Shown here piece by piece: positions 30,274 to 40,400 of a stretch of DNA of 64,000 bases. The translations under genes and the position numbers were made by a program. Numbering within the stretch: the first letter of the stretch is position 1; every line of letters begins with the position of its first letter. The notes under the pieces were generated by a model. That model was not told the origin of the DNA, did no database searches, and was given only the letters and a program-made list of their open reading frames with translations. Source of the DNA: Candidatus Limnocylindrales bacterium (GTDB taxonomy: Bacteria; Verrucomicrobiota; Verrucomicrobiia; Limisphaerales; UBA11358); assembly GCA_035604955.1 (NCBI GenBank), contig DATNHM010000056.1, forward strand, positions 22,733 to 86,732, written 5' to 3'.

Positions 30274-32070
30274 ATGAAAAGAACACACAAACCATCCGCT
30301 CGCCGTAACCAGGGCTACGCCCTCCTGATTACGATCGTATTCATCGGCATCGCACTGCTGCTGCTGGGCAGCGTGATGAATTGGACCAACAGCAGCGCCC
30401 GACAGACCGAGCGGAATAATTTGTTCAGCCTGGGCACCGGCGCAGCGGAGGCAGCGGATGAAAGTGTCATCGCCACGGTGGCGCGCGATTTTGCTTATGG
30501 ATCCGCCAAAGCGGCGACCAACTACACCGGCGCCAGTTTTATTCCCAGTCAAGCCGGTTGGCCGGTCAGTTTTTCGTTCAGCAACACTCCCACGTTGATC
30601 TTCCCCAGCATGTACGGCAGCAACTTGCCAACCCAGGTCTTTGCCGTATTGGGCTGGCAATTCCAGGGTTCCTTCGGCATGGTGACCACCGGCATCGTCA
30701 CCTCCACCGCCACGGCCCTCAACCAGCCTTACAATGTTTCGGCCACGGTGAAGGAAACCTTTCAACTGGCTACCATTCCCCTTGCCCAAAAAGCCATCTT
30801 TTACAACATGAACATGGAAATCTGCCCGGGCGCCAACATGACGGTGAACGGGCCGACCTATGTGAACGGACAGATTTACGCCGACCCGGGAGCGAGTTTA
30901 ACCTTTGCCGGAACGGTGAACACAACCATGCCGACGGTGATCTACACTCGCAGCCCCAACGATCAGCAATCCAGCACCGCCAATCCGACCGTCGTCTATA
31001 CGGTCACAAACTCTCCGATGACAAACTCCGCGCCATTGGTGCTGCCGGTGGGGACCAATGGTTATTCAGCCACCACCAATACATCCAGCGCGGCCGCCAT
31101 TCTCGATCTGCCGCCGGCGGGCACGGACGCCAATTCGGCCGTGGGCCAGGAATACGCCTACAACGCGGCTGATGTTATCATTTCAAATTCCTCCAGTGGC
31201 TTGATTTCGGCGTTTTATCAGAACAGCAATAATGTGAATCAATTCACTGCCATCCCTTATAATGCGACGAATGTCGTGGGCAGTGTAACGAACAAGTACT
31301 ACTCATTCGCCACCAACGCGTCGTTCTACGATTATCGTGAAGGCAAAACGGTCAAGGCCGTTCAGCTTAACGTTGGCGCTTTCAACTCCTGGCTCACCGG
31401 CGCCGGAGCAACCTATAACAACCAAAACAGCAGCGGCAGCACCAGCAAGGGGCACGGTATCAATTCCGTTTATATTTACAACAACGCCCCCTCCAGCAGC
31501 ACACAGCTGCCCGCGGTGCGGGCGTCCAATGGGGGCACTCTCGCCACCCAAGGTCTTACGATCGCCACGCCGGATCCCATTTATGTGCTGGGCAATTACA
31601 ACGCCAGCGGCGTATCACTGAATAACGGCACCAACGTGGTTAATGCCGCGCCCGCCGGCTTCATGGGAGATTCCATCACGATTCTATCCACAGGCTGGAG
31701 TGACAGCTACACCTCGAGCACCGCGCTCAGCTCGCGAAACCCCGGCAACACCACCGTCAACGCGGCAACCCTCGAAGGCATTGTGCAATCAGTCACCGTC
31801 AGTGGCACCAAACATTACAGCGGCGGCGTGGAAAATTTCCTCCGCTTGCTGGAGAACTGGTCTTCTTCCACAACCCTGACCTACAACGGTTCCATCATTG
31901 TTTTGTTCCAAAGCCGCTTTGCCACGAATTACTGGCAGACTCCCGGCAATTATTACAATGTCCCGACTCGTGCCTGGGCCTTTGATGTCAATTTCGAAAC
32001 CCAGGGCGGACTCCCGCCAATATTCCCCAGTGCCAAGGCCATGATCCGCCAGAATTGGGCCGCTTATTGA
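30274..32070 (+). CDS. large PilX_N/GspK-like pseudopilin-associated protein (598 aa)
   Basis: MKRTHKPSARRNQGYALLITIVFIGIALLLLGS is the non-cleavable PilX/GspK-type N-terminus. The rest is a T/S/N-rich beta-type sequence. Confidence 0.6.
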   Translation: MKRTHKPSARRNQGYALLITIVFIGIALLLLGSVMNWTNSSARQTERNNLFSLGTGAAEAADESVIATVARDFAYGSAKAATNYTGASFIPSQAGWPVSFSFSNTPTLIFPSMYGSNLPTQVFAVLGWQFQGSFGMVTTGIVTSTATALNQPYNVSATVKETFQLATIPLAQKAIFYNMNMEICPGANMTVNGPTYVNGQIYADPGASLTFAGTVNTTMPTVIYTRSPNDQQSSTANPTVVYTVTNSPMTNSAPLVLPVGTNGYSATTNTSSAAAILDLPPAGTDANSAVGQEYAYNAADVIISNSSSGLISAFYQNSNNVNQFTAIPYNATNVVGSVTNKYYSFATNASFYDYREGKTVKAVQLNVGAFNSWLTGAGATYNNQNSSGSTSKGHGINSVYIYNNAPSSSTQLPAVRASNGGTLATQGLTIATPDPIYVLGNYNASGVSLNNGTNVVNAAPAGFMGDSITILSTGWSDSYTSSTALSSRNPGNTTVNAATLEGIVQSVTVSGTKHYSGGVENFLRLLENWSSSTTLTYNGSIIVLFQSRFATNYWQTPGNYYNVPTRAWAFDVNFETQGGLPPIFPSAKAMIRQNWAAY

Positions 32071-32194
32071 TTTGTGATTGACGAATAGGGTCATTCAATC
32101 AGTGTCAATCAGTGCAAAAATCGCTCTTTCCCCACGGTCCGATCCGTCCGGGCCAGGCCAGCCATGAATTCAGAATCGTGGAGAACCCGGGTTT

Positions 32195-32728
32195 ATGGCG
32201 ATTGCTGGTACAACCCCTGCTCGCAGCATTGGTGTGAAATTTAAAATTCCGTTTTTCGCCGAACCAACGCAAGCAGGGCAAAAGCCCGGCAGGCGCTTCC
32301 ATGCGCCCGGCCCGCCGGCCGGCCCGCCCGCGAAAATTCTGGTGGTGGATGACAACACCCTGTTTGCGAAAGCGATCAGCCTCAAACTGGCAGCGTGGGG
32401 GTATCAAGTGGTAACGGCCCTGGACAGCGCGGAAGCCATATCGGTGGCGCGTTTGGGAAAACCGGATTTGATTCTGCTGGACATTGGTTTTCCCCCTGAC
32501 GTCGGCGGAGTATTGTCGGATGGGTTCCGCATTATGGAATGGCTTCATCACCTGGATGAATCCTCGAAAATTCCCTTTATCATCATCACCGGCAGCGACG
32601 ACGCGAGAAACAAGGAGCGCGCTTTGGCCAACGGAGCGGTGGCCTTTTTCCAGAAACCGGTCAATCACGATGAGCTGCTCAAGGCGATTCGCGCCAGCTT
32701 GAGCGCCAACGCTCCTAAATCGGCCTGA
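32195..32728 (+). CDS. single-domain response regulator (REC)
   Basis: KILVVDDNTLFAKAI...PDLILLDIGFP...PFIIITGSDD...GAVAFFQKPV. Confidence 0.8.
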   Translation: MAIAGTTPARSIGVKFKIPFFAEPTQAGQKPGRRFHAPGPPAGPPAKILVVDDNTLFAKAISLKLAAWGYQVVTALDSAEAISVARLGKPDLILLDIGFPPDVGGVLSDGFRIMEWLHHLDESSKIPFIIITGSDDARNKERALANGAVAFFQKPVNHDELLKAIRASLSANAPKSA

Positions 32729-33974
32729 AGCCGGATTTTTCGGTTAATGCCTGTTCCCGTTCCAGCAAGGTGGGATGCGAATAGAAAAATCCGCTGTACC
32801 AGGGATGCGGGGTCAGGTTGCTCAAATTCTTCTCGTTCAGCTTGCGCAACGCGCCAACCAAAGATTGTGCCTCGTTCATCACGCGCGCGGCGAAGGCGTC
32901 GGCCTGATATTCGTAACGGCGCGACCACCAGTAAATGAGCGGAGAGAACCAGAACGTGACCGTGCCCGCCAGCAATCCAAACAACAACAGCGCCGGCGCG
33001 ACGTTCCCCGGCGCAAAACCAAAAGCGCGGTAAAACCATTCCTGCCGGGCCAGAACGGCAATGAAATAAAAACCGGCCAGTGAGCTGATGGCCGAAAAGG
33101 CCAGCATTTTCGGGATGTGTTTCTTCTGATAATGGCCGATTTCGTGCGCGAGCACCGCCTCCAGTTCCGGCTCGGCCAATTGCTGGACCAGCGTGTCGAA
33201 CAGCACGATTTTCCGGAACCGCCCGAACCCGGTGAAGAACGCGTTCGAATGCCGCGAACGTTTGCTGCCGTCCATCAACTGGATGCTCCGGGCACGGAAT
33301 CGGGTCCGCTGTGCCAGCGCCAGCAGCCGCTCGCGCAGGCTGCCTTCCGGCAGTGGCGTAAATTTGTTGAACAGCGGCAGAATCAAAACCGGCGCCAGCA
33401 CCAGCATCAGGCATTGAAACGCGAGCAACGCGGCCCACGCCCACAGCCACCACCACGCGCCCGTCCATTCGACTATTTTCAGCACAAACGCCAGCAGCGG
33501 GTAACCGAGCGCAACCGCCAGCAGCAACCCTTTCAATCGGTCCGCCCACCAGATTTTTGGCGTGGTGGTGTTGAACCCGAATTGCTCCTCCAGTCGGAAC
33601 TGCGAGAACCAATCGAAGGGCAAACCGGGCAACGACAGGGCCAAACCGACTGTAAACAGAAATGCCGCCATCGCCCATGCCGACTGGCCCAAGCCGTTGG
33701 AAAACAACTCCAACGCCCGCGGCAGAACACCGCTGAATAAAAAAACCAGCAGGACCATCGTGGACCAGGCATCTTCCAGGTTTCCTAATCGTCCCTTGGC
33801 CAGCGTGTAGGCAATGGATTTTTTGTAGGTTGGTTCGTCAATGGTTTCACGGAAGGCCGGAGGAATTTCGCCGGCGTGCGCGAGCACGTGGCGGCGGTTC
33901 AGAGCGGCCAGCCAGAGTTCCGCCGCCAGCCGGGCGAGAATCAATCCCAAAGTTAACAAGACAACGACGCTCAC
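32715..33974 (-). CDS. M48-family zinc metallopeptidase (Ste24/CAAX prenyl protease-like)
   Basis: Polytopic N-terminal half, the HExxH site VLAHEIGHYQKKH, and a downstream E in YEYQADAFA. Confidence 0.85.
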   Translation of the reverse strand: MSVVVLLTLGLILARLAAELWLAALNRRHVLAHAGEIPPAFRETIDEPTYKKSIAYTLAKGRLGNLEDAWSTMVLLVFLFSGVLPRALELFSNGLGQSAWAMAAFLFTVGLALSLPGLPFDWFSQFRLEEQFGFNTTTPKIWWADRLKGLLLAVALGYPLLAFVLKIVEWTGAWWWLWAWAALLAFQCLMLVLAPVLILPLFNKFTPLPEGSLRERLLALAQRTRFRARSIQLMDGSKRSRHSNAFFTGFGRFRKIVLFDTLVQQLAEPELEAVLAHEIGHYQKKHIPKMLAFSAISSLAGFYFIAVLARQEWFYRAFGFAPGNVAPALLLFGLLAGTVTFWFSPLIYWWSRRYEYQADAFAARVMNEAQSLVGALRKLNEKNLSNLTPHPWYSGFFYSHPTLLEREQALTEKSGFRPI

Positions 33975-33993
33975 AAATCATTCCGGCGGGCAG

Positions 33994-34214
33994 AATCCCA
34001 AAGGGATTCCATCGTTCAGCCCAAGGCTGATCTCGCTCCGCGAGGTTACCTTGGGTCAATCGCCCCATCAGTCACAACCCTGACAGGGTTGTACCGCCCT
34101 TCACCACGATTGATTCAACCTCGATGGGGTTGATGCAATTTTGATCCGCCACCCGGCGTAGCCGCAACTTCATCGCGTCAACGCCGGGCTGATGGATGAA
34201 ATCCCTTTGGGATT
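33994..34214. mobile_element. 221-bp MITE-like element bounded by 29-bp terminal inverted repeats
   Basis: Left end AATCCCAAAGGGATTCCATCGTTCAGCCC (33994-34022). Reverse complement of the right end (34186-34214) is AATCCCAAAGGGATTTCATCCATCAGCCC, giving 26/29 identity. The interior is rich in hairpins (CAGCC-CAA-GGCTG, ACAACCCTG/CAGGGTTGT, TCAACC..GGTTGA). No coding capacity. Confidence 0.65.
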
Positions 34215-34245
34215 TTCCCCAGGCACGGCTGTGGACCAAACAAAC

Positions 34246-35484
34246 TCACCACTTCAACTCCGGCAACCGGCGGGCGACTTCCCCGGCATTGGCGCGGCTG
34301 TTGAAGGCGCTGATGCGAAAATAACCTTCGCCTTTGGAGCCGAAACCGCTGCCGGGCGTGATGACCACGTTGGCTTCGTTCAATATTTTGTCGAACGCCT
34401 GCCAGCTCGTGACGCCTTTCGGCGCCCGCACCCAGAGATAAGGCGCGTTCAAGCCGCCGAAAACTTTCAGCCCGGCCTGCTTCGCGCCTTCGCGCAAGAC
34501 CTTCGCGTTGCCCAGATAATGCTCGATGAGCGCCCGCACCTGCGCCTTGCCCTCCGGCGAGTAAAGCGCTTCCGCGCCGCGCTGGACAATGTAACTCACA
34601 CCGTTGAATTTTGTCGTCATGCGCCGCAGCCAGAGCGGATGCAGCGGCGTTAATTCGCCGGCCGCGGTCTGCGCGTTGAGCGACTTGGGGACGACGGTGA
34701 ACGCGCAACGGACGCCGGTGAATCCGCCGTTCTTCGAACAACTGCGAAATTCGATGGCGCAGTCGCGCGCGCCGGGAATTTCGTAAATCGAATGCGGCAA
34801 CGCCGGGTCGCTGATGTAGGCCTCGTAGGCCGCGTCGAACAGGATGACGGCCTTGTGTTCGAGCGCGTATTTCACCCACGCCTCAAGCTGTGGCCGGTTC
34901 GCCGCCGCCCCGGTCGGATTGTTCGGCGAGCAAAGATAGATGATGTCCACGTGCCGTTTGGGCGGTTCGGGAATGAACCCGTTGCCGGGCTTGCACGGCA
35001 GATAAACCAGCCGGGCATAAGCGCCCGCCTCGTTGGCCTCACCGGTGTGGCCGGCCATCACGTTCGTGTCCACGTAAACCGGATAGACCGGGTCGCTGAT
35101 GGCGATTTTGTTTTTGTGGCCGAAGATGTCGAGGATGTTGCCCGTGTCGCATTTAGTGCCGTCGCTGACGAAGATTTCGTCGTCAGCCACGTCGCAACCG
35201 CGGGCGCGGAAATCGTTTTGCGCGATGGCCGCGCGCAGCCATTCGTAGCCCTGTTCCGGGCCGTAGCCGTGGAACGTCTCGCGCACGGCCATTTCATCCA
35301 CCGCCCGGTGCAGGGCGGCAATGGCGGCGGGCGGCAACGGCTCGGTCACGTCGCCGATGCCGCACCGGATAAGGCGTTTGGCCGCTTCGGGGTTGGCGTC
35401 GCCAAACGCCTTCACCCGCCGGCCGATTTCCGGAAACAGATAACCGGCTTTGAGCTTGAGATAATTGTCGTTTAACCGGGCCAT
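34246..35484 (-). CDS. dapL: LL-diaminopimelate aminotransferase
   Basis: [27 protein letters not shown]... with PLP-lysine context [13 protein letters not shown]. This is the DapL type known from Chlamydiae, Verrucomicrobia and plants. Confidence 0.9.
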   Translation of the reverse strand: MARLNDNYLKLKAGYLFPEIGRRVKAFGDANPEAAKRLIRCGIGDVTEPLPPAAIAALHRAVDEMAVRETFHGYGPEQGYEWLRAAIAQNDFRARGCDVADDEIFVSDGTKCDTGNILDIFGHKNKIAISDPVYPVYVDTNVMAGHTGEANEAGAYARLVYLPCKPGNGFIPEPPKRHVDIIYLCSPNNPTGAAANRPQLEAWVKYALEHKAVILFDAAYEAYISDPALPHSIYEIPGARDCAIEFRSCSKNGGFTGVRCAFTVVPKSLNAQTAAGELTPLHPLWLRRMTTKFNGVSYIVQRGAEALYSPEGKAQVRALIEHYLGNAKVLREGAKQAGLKVFGGLNAPYLWVRAPKGVTSWQAFDKILNEANVVITPGSGFGSKGEGYFRISAFNSRANAGEVARRLPELKW

Positions 35485-35575
35485 GAACGTCGCTGGGTGG
35501 GAAAACCCAGGACTCGGAATTTACGGCAACGAACCCGTCGAGGCAAGCCGGGGTAGTGGGCCATTTTGAGGGTAG

Positions 35576-35617
35576 GGACGGCTCGCTGAGCCGTCCGGAC
35601 GCGTCGGCGACGCGTCC
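35576..35617. repeat. twin GC-rich REP-like hairpins
   Basis: GGACGGCTC-gct-GAGCCGTCC immediately followed by GGACGCGTC-ggc-GACGCGTCC. Confidence 0.8.
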
Positions 35618-35669
35618 CTGCCAGATTTATTGGGCTCGCGAGGACGTTCGGCCCTCCGAAAGCTCGCCG

Positions 35670-35882
35670 CTAATGCTCGAGCAGCCGGAAGAATTTCGGG
35701 CTGGTGGCCGGGCCGGTCTGGTTGGTGTCGGTGAACGTGAACACACCACCACTCTAGGTAAGCGTCGGGCTGGCCAAATTGCCGATGACATTCCAACTGA
35801 GCGGCTGCAGCGTCAGATTGGTCGTTCAGTCTACGTCATAGACATAGTTCGTCGAATCGTCCTGCTGGATTCGCACGCCGCC
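35670..35882 (-). pseudogene. relic of a C-terminal domain paralogous to the end of the 3066-aa protein
   Basis: Reverse translation gives GGVRIQQDDSTNYVYDVD*TTNLTLQPLSWNVIGNLASPTLT*SGGVFTFTDTNQTGPATSPKFFRLLEH*. This aligns with ...WVAPTNYQYSVLWTTNLGLPLSNWFVLSNPVLGLSNGVYTFTDTNQTGPATSPKFFRLLER*. In-frame stops lie at 35826-35828 (TGA where Trp is expected) and 35754-35756 (TAG). A 49-nt stretch is identical to 37440-37488. Confidence 0.75.
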
Positions 35883-35905
35883 AAGCGCTCTGCACTATTT
35901 GCCGG

Positions 35906-36658
35906 TTATGATCTGGTGACAGAAATGACATCCTGATAAAGCTTTGGCATGGATGCATTCGACACCCCCGACCAAGATCCGTACTCAATACGATCAACAC
36001 GAAGCCCCACCTTGGCTATCATCTGTGAGATGAATTTCTCCTCGTACGCCACCACACCTTCGCGGCAAATATGTTTGCGCAAGGTGCGATAACCCTCCCA
36101 CACGTACGGAAATCGGTTGGCTGTTTTCCCTTGAGCGAGGCGTCTGAGAATTTCCTCTGTGAGCAAAAAGAAAGTCAGGTAGGTCCGGAGTCCGGGCTTG
36201 GCGGTCCGCTTGATTTCCGTCAAATACCTCTCCACGCCTTCTGGAAGCATGTGAGTGAAGACGCTATTGGCGATGAAGAATGAGAACTTTTCTGCTGGGT
36301 AAGGGAAGGCTAGTTCACTGTCTTTTATCTTGCCAAGCGGATTGTAGAGCAAATTGTAGCAATCCAGGTGGTCGAAGTGAGGACCGATGTTGCGGTTTGC
36401 CCACTCAATCCCTATGGGCACAATATCAAATCCACGGTACGATCCCTGGGTCAAGAACTTCAGCAAGGGTGGCGCAAGCCGACCACTTGAGCAACCAATG
36501 TCCAGGACATCATCCGTCGGCTTGATGCCGAGCCGCTGGATGAGGCTGAACGTCTCCTCGCCCGAAGGATCGCTCAGTGATCCACAGTAAGACAGGGGTT
36601 TTCCGCGCAGCTTCGCCCTCAAAGGCGCGCTTGGGTATAATGCTCTCAGGATGTTCAT
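35906..36658 (-). CDS. class I SAM-dependent methyltransferase
   Basis: Motif I VLDIGCSSGRL, then FDIV...ANSVFTHM. G+C is lower than the surrounding DNA (about 52% in the one 60-nt line I counted). Confidence 0.7.
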   Translation of the reverse strand: MNILRALYPSAPLRAKLRGKPLSYCGSLSDPSGEETFSLIQRLGIKPTDDVLDIGCSSGRLAPPLLKFLTQGSYRGFDIVPIGIEWANRNIGPHFDHLDCYNLLYNPLGKIKDSELAFPYPAEKFSFFIANSVFTHMLPEGVERYLTEIKRTAKPGLRTYLTFFLLTEEILRRLAQGKTANRFPYVWEGYRTLRKHICREGVVAYEEKFISQMIAKVGLRVDRIEYGSWSGVSNASMPKLYQDVISVTRS

Positions 36659-37434
36659 GGTGGGAATGTGTGCTCAGATCAAAATGTCACCTCGCCTGGC
36701 GATGTGGCAATACGAGTTATTCGGCTCAAGCAAACCCGGCTTCAAATCCGAATTCCCGGCGCAATGGAATTGGAATACGGCTTTCTTGAGTGATCGCTTT
36801 GTGATTCGCTGTTGCACAAAATTAAAGGGGTTTTATAATAGAAATGTCCGGTAGGACGAACAAGACAATATTTTTCTTCCAAAAAAGTTCGCGGGCGGAA
36901 ACATTTTGAAGCAGGGCTAGAACCGACGCCGACAAGGCATTCAAACCGGTCGTCTGTCCCATGGCATTGTCATCCTGAACCTGGCCCGCACCGGTATTGG
37001 CCTCGGCGTGCAGGTCCAACGAGGAGCTGACGGGATAAATGACGGCCTCGGTCCGGTCACTCCAGCTTCCGGTTGGGGGAAGCGGACGACCAGGATTTTG
37101 GCAGCGAAACTTCGTGAATTTTTCATGGGTTTGCCTTTTTTGAATGGTCCCCGGCATCGCGAGTGTCCGATTCGTTCTCGAATTCAAGATTACGTTCAAA
37201 ACACCAATCAGAGAGCTACGCCCGCCCGGAGGCGAAATGGCCCGCAGGGTTTTCTCCTGCGGGTTTGACAACGCCGACAGCATCGGGATACCTGTCGTTT
37301 TTCATTCATGCCATCATACTTCAGCTGATTTTTCGCGCTCCGGCCCCACCGCTCATCGGGCATACGGAGGGCATTGCTCCGTCACTGCCCTGGACAGGAA
37401 AGTGGCGAAGCATTTCCCTCCAAATCTGCGCCGG

Positions 37435-40400
37435 TTAACGCTCGAGCAGCCGGAAGAATTTCGGGCTGGTGGCCGGGCCGGTCTGGTTAGTGTCCGTAAA
37501 GGTGTACACGCCGTTGCTCAAGCCCAGCACGGGATTGGACAGGACGAACCAGTTCGATAACGGCAATCCGAGGTTCGTCGTCCAGAGCACCGAATACTGG
37601 TAATTCGTCGGCGCCACCCACTGGAACCAGACGGCGTTGCCGATCATCGCGGTGTTGATGATGGTCAGCGACTGCGGGATGGGCGTTGAATAGGGATATT
37701 CAACGAGCCGGTAGAATTTCAGCGGCCCCCAGCCGCCCGTCAGCGAGCCGTCATCCAGGAACTGGAAGAGGCCGTATGCCGCGTTGGTGGGCGACAGGGC
37801 CACCGGCCACTTCAGAACCACATTGGAGATGGTATGCCACGCAATCGCCGGCGCGAGGTTGGTCGCCCATTCCACCTGGAACTGGTAATTCGTCGGCTCG
37901 GTCCATTGCAGCAGGATCTCATTGGTCCCGCCGACATTGGTAACCGTGATGCTGGAGATGGACGGCGGGTTGGTCGGCGGCGAGCCGTAGGCAAAATTCA
38001 CCTGAAAAGAGAATATCACGTTGCTGGTGCCGAGGCTTTGGATGCCGAGATAATAATTCGCGCCCGGCACGAGCGGCGGCGTGGAACTGCCCGTGAGCAC
38101 GAACGTGCCGCTGGTGTTGGTGGACACCAACAGCACATCACCGGCGCCGGTGTTGCCGGTGGGGGGAGTGTTCTGGTTGAACCACACGTCCACCGGGCCG
38201 CTGGCAGAGACCAACACATTGGTCGCTGCAATGGCGTTGGTCGGCACGGTCACCGTCAACGGCGTGATAGTCCCGGACACCACGATATTGGTCACGGGCG
38301 TCGAGTTCGTAATCGGTCCGGAAAGCAGATTGGCCACCAGCCGGTAAAACTTTTCGGGCGGCCATCCGCCGGTCAGCGAGCCGTCGTCAAACCAGGAATA
38401 ATCCCCGTTGGTGGGCGTGTAGGTGACGTTGATGACCGGGTTCGAGACCGTGTTCCAGGGAATCACCGGCGCGAGATTGGTCTTCCACTGGATGGTATAT
38501 TGATCATTGGTCGGCCCAGTCCACTGGAGCAGAAAGCCATTTGTTCCGTTGACGTTCGTCTGCGTGAGGGTGGGACCGGTGATGGGAATGGGAATCACGA
38601 GATGGAAATCCACCTCCAACCCGAAGTTCACGGGCACATTGTTGGTGTTTTGCACACCCAGGTAATAAGTCGCGCCGGGCACGAGCGGCGGCGTGCTGCC
38701 CGCGCTCAAAATGGAAATGCCGCTAGTCGCATTGGGAATCAGGAGATAATCCGGCGGATTGGTGCCCGTGGGCAATCCAGTCTGATTAAACCAGACATTG
38801 ACCGGCAGGCTGGCAAAGAGCAGCAGATTGGTGGCGTAATCGGCATTCGTCGGCAGCGTCACCGAATAATAGACAAAGCTGTTCGTCGGAACGGAATTGG
38901 TGGTGGGCACGCCGTTGGTCAGGGAAGAGGCGATATGGTGGAAATTCACCACCAGCGCGTAAGTGGCATTGCCGGCATTCGTGTTTTGGACAGCCAAATA
39001 ATAAGTCAAGCCGGGCAGCAGCGGCGGCACCGAGTTCGTGCTCAGTACATTGGTTCCGCTGAGCGCGTTGGCAATCAGGAGATAGTCCGGCGGTGTCAAG
39101 CACACCGGCGGCCTGCTTTGATTGAACCACATGTTCACCGGCACGGTGGAAGAGAGCAGCAGATTCGTGGCATAATCGGCGTCCGGCGGCACCTTCACCG
39201 AATAATAGTCCACGCCATCTCCTGAAATGGCTCCAGCAACGGTGTTCGTTACCGGCACGCCGGGGGTCACCGGCGTTGTCTGGAAGTAATGGAAATTCAC
39301 CTGGAACCCGCTCGTTACGGGGAAGGCATTGGGATTTTGCAGGCCGATGTAGTAAATGCCGCCGGGCACGATGTTCGTGGGCACGCTGAAGGTGCTCAAT
39401 ACCGATGTGCCATTGATCACGCCGCTCAACAGCAAATTATTGCCCGGCGGTGGAGGGGTGGCGGAATTAAACCATACGTTCAACGGGCCGGTGGCAAAGA
39501 CCAGAATGTTCGTGGCGACATCCGCGTTGGCCGGCACATTGATCAGGTAATTGGTCCAGCCGCCGGCGGGAATCACATTGGTCGCCGTGGTGCCGGGCGG
39601 AATCGCGTTGGCATTGGTGCCGAAGGTCACATAATTGAACCGCAACTGCCAGCTCAGCAGTTCCGGTATGGGATTGGTGGCGCCCACACGGTCATCCTGG
39701 ATTTCCAGCGTCCAATTACCCTGCGCATTCAGCCCGTCATACGTGTCCAGCGACTGTTCGGGCAGATAGTAAAGGTTATTGACGGACGGTGATAAGCTGA
39801 AGGAATCCAGTAACATGCCTGGTTCCACACTAGCAATCTGCAGCGGCGTTGCGTTCTGGGTGGCCGTGAAAACGATCGTTTTCGTCTGCCACGCGGAGTC
39901 GTTGCCCAAGAGTGTAGTGGGCGTGCCGCCGTTGATGCTGACCTGAGCCTCGGCCAGCGATTGGGGATTGGGCTCGCCAGAATCGAACTTGCCGGCGGAG
40001 CCGTTCTGGTAAATCGCCTTGATCTCAGAAGCGGACAGGGCGCGGTTGTAAATACTGATTTCATCCATCAATCCCGCGTAACGGGTGCCATTGAGAGCCT
40101 CCGCGTTGTTCCGCCATCCCAAATTCACGGGCTCTCCGATACTCGGCGGAATATCAGGTGTTGCAACGTTTACCTGCACCTGTCCGCCATTGTAGTACAG
40201 ATATTCGGTGGCGGTTGCGAGGTTATAGGTAAACGCGATATGGCTCCACGCGTTGGCAGGGACGATTCCGCCGGAACTGGTGATGGCCACGTTGGCGTTA
40301 GGACGAAGATTGGCATAGATAGCACCCGGAATGGTGCTCAGTCCGGAACCATTGATCCACAAGTGCGCCGCCGAACCTTGACCGGGACCTCCGTAGTCAA

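Noticed and set aside
32665-33678. A 337-aa minus-strand ORF overlapping the M48 peptidase gene in another frame.
   Set aside because: The 419-aa frame has the HExxH site and a coherent TM topology. The 337-aa frame is Ala/Arg/Gly-rich with no features.
35576-35617. Twin GC hairpins as a Rho-independent terminator for the relic or giant gene.
   Set aside because: No U-tract follows on the minus strand (the sequence continues TACCCTCAAAATGG). The structure looks like the REP-type palindromes seen elsewhere in the window, so I list it as a repeat only.
36822-37283. A 153-aa minus-strand ORF (and overlapping plus-strand ORFs) between the methyltransferase and the giant gene.
   Set aside because: There are no recognisable motifs and the composition is odd. 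Several mutually overlapping ORFs of similar length occur in different frames. I cannot support a coding call. It may be decayed remnant DNA of the insertion discussed under 35670-37488.
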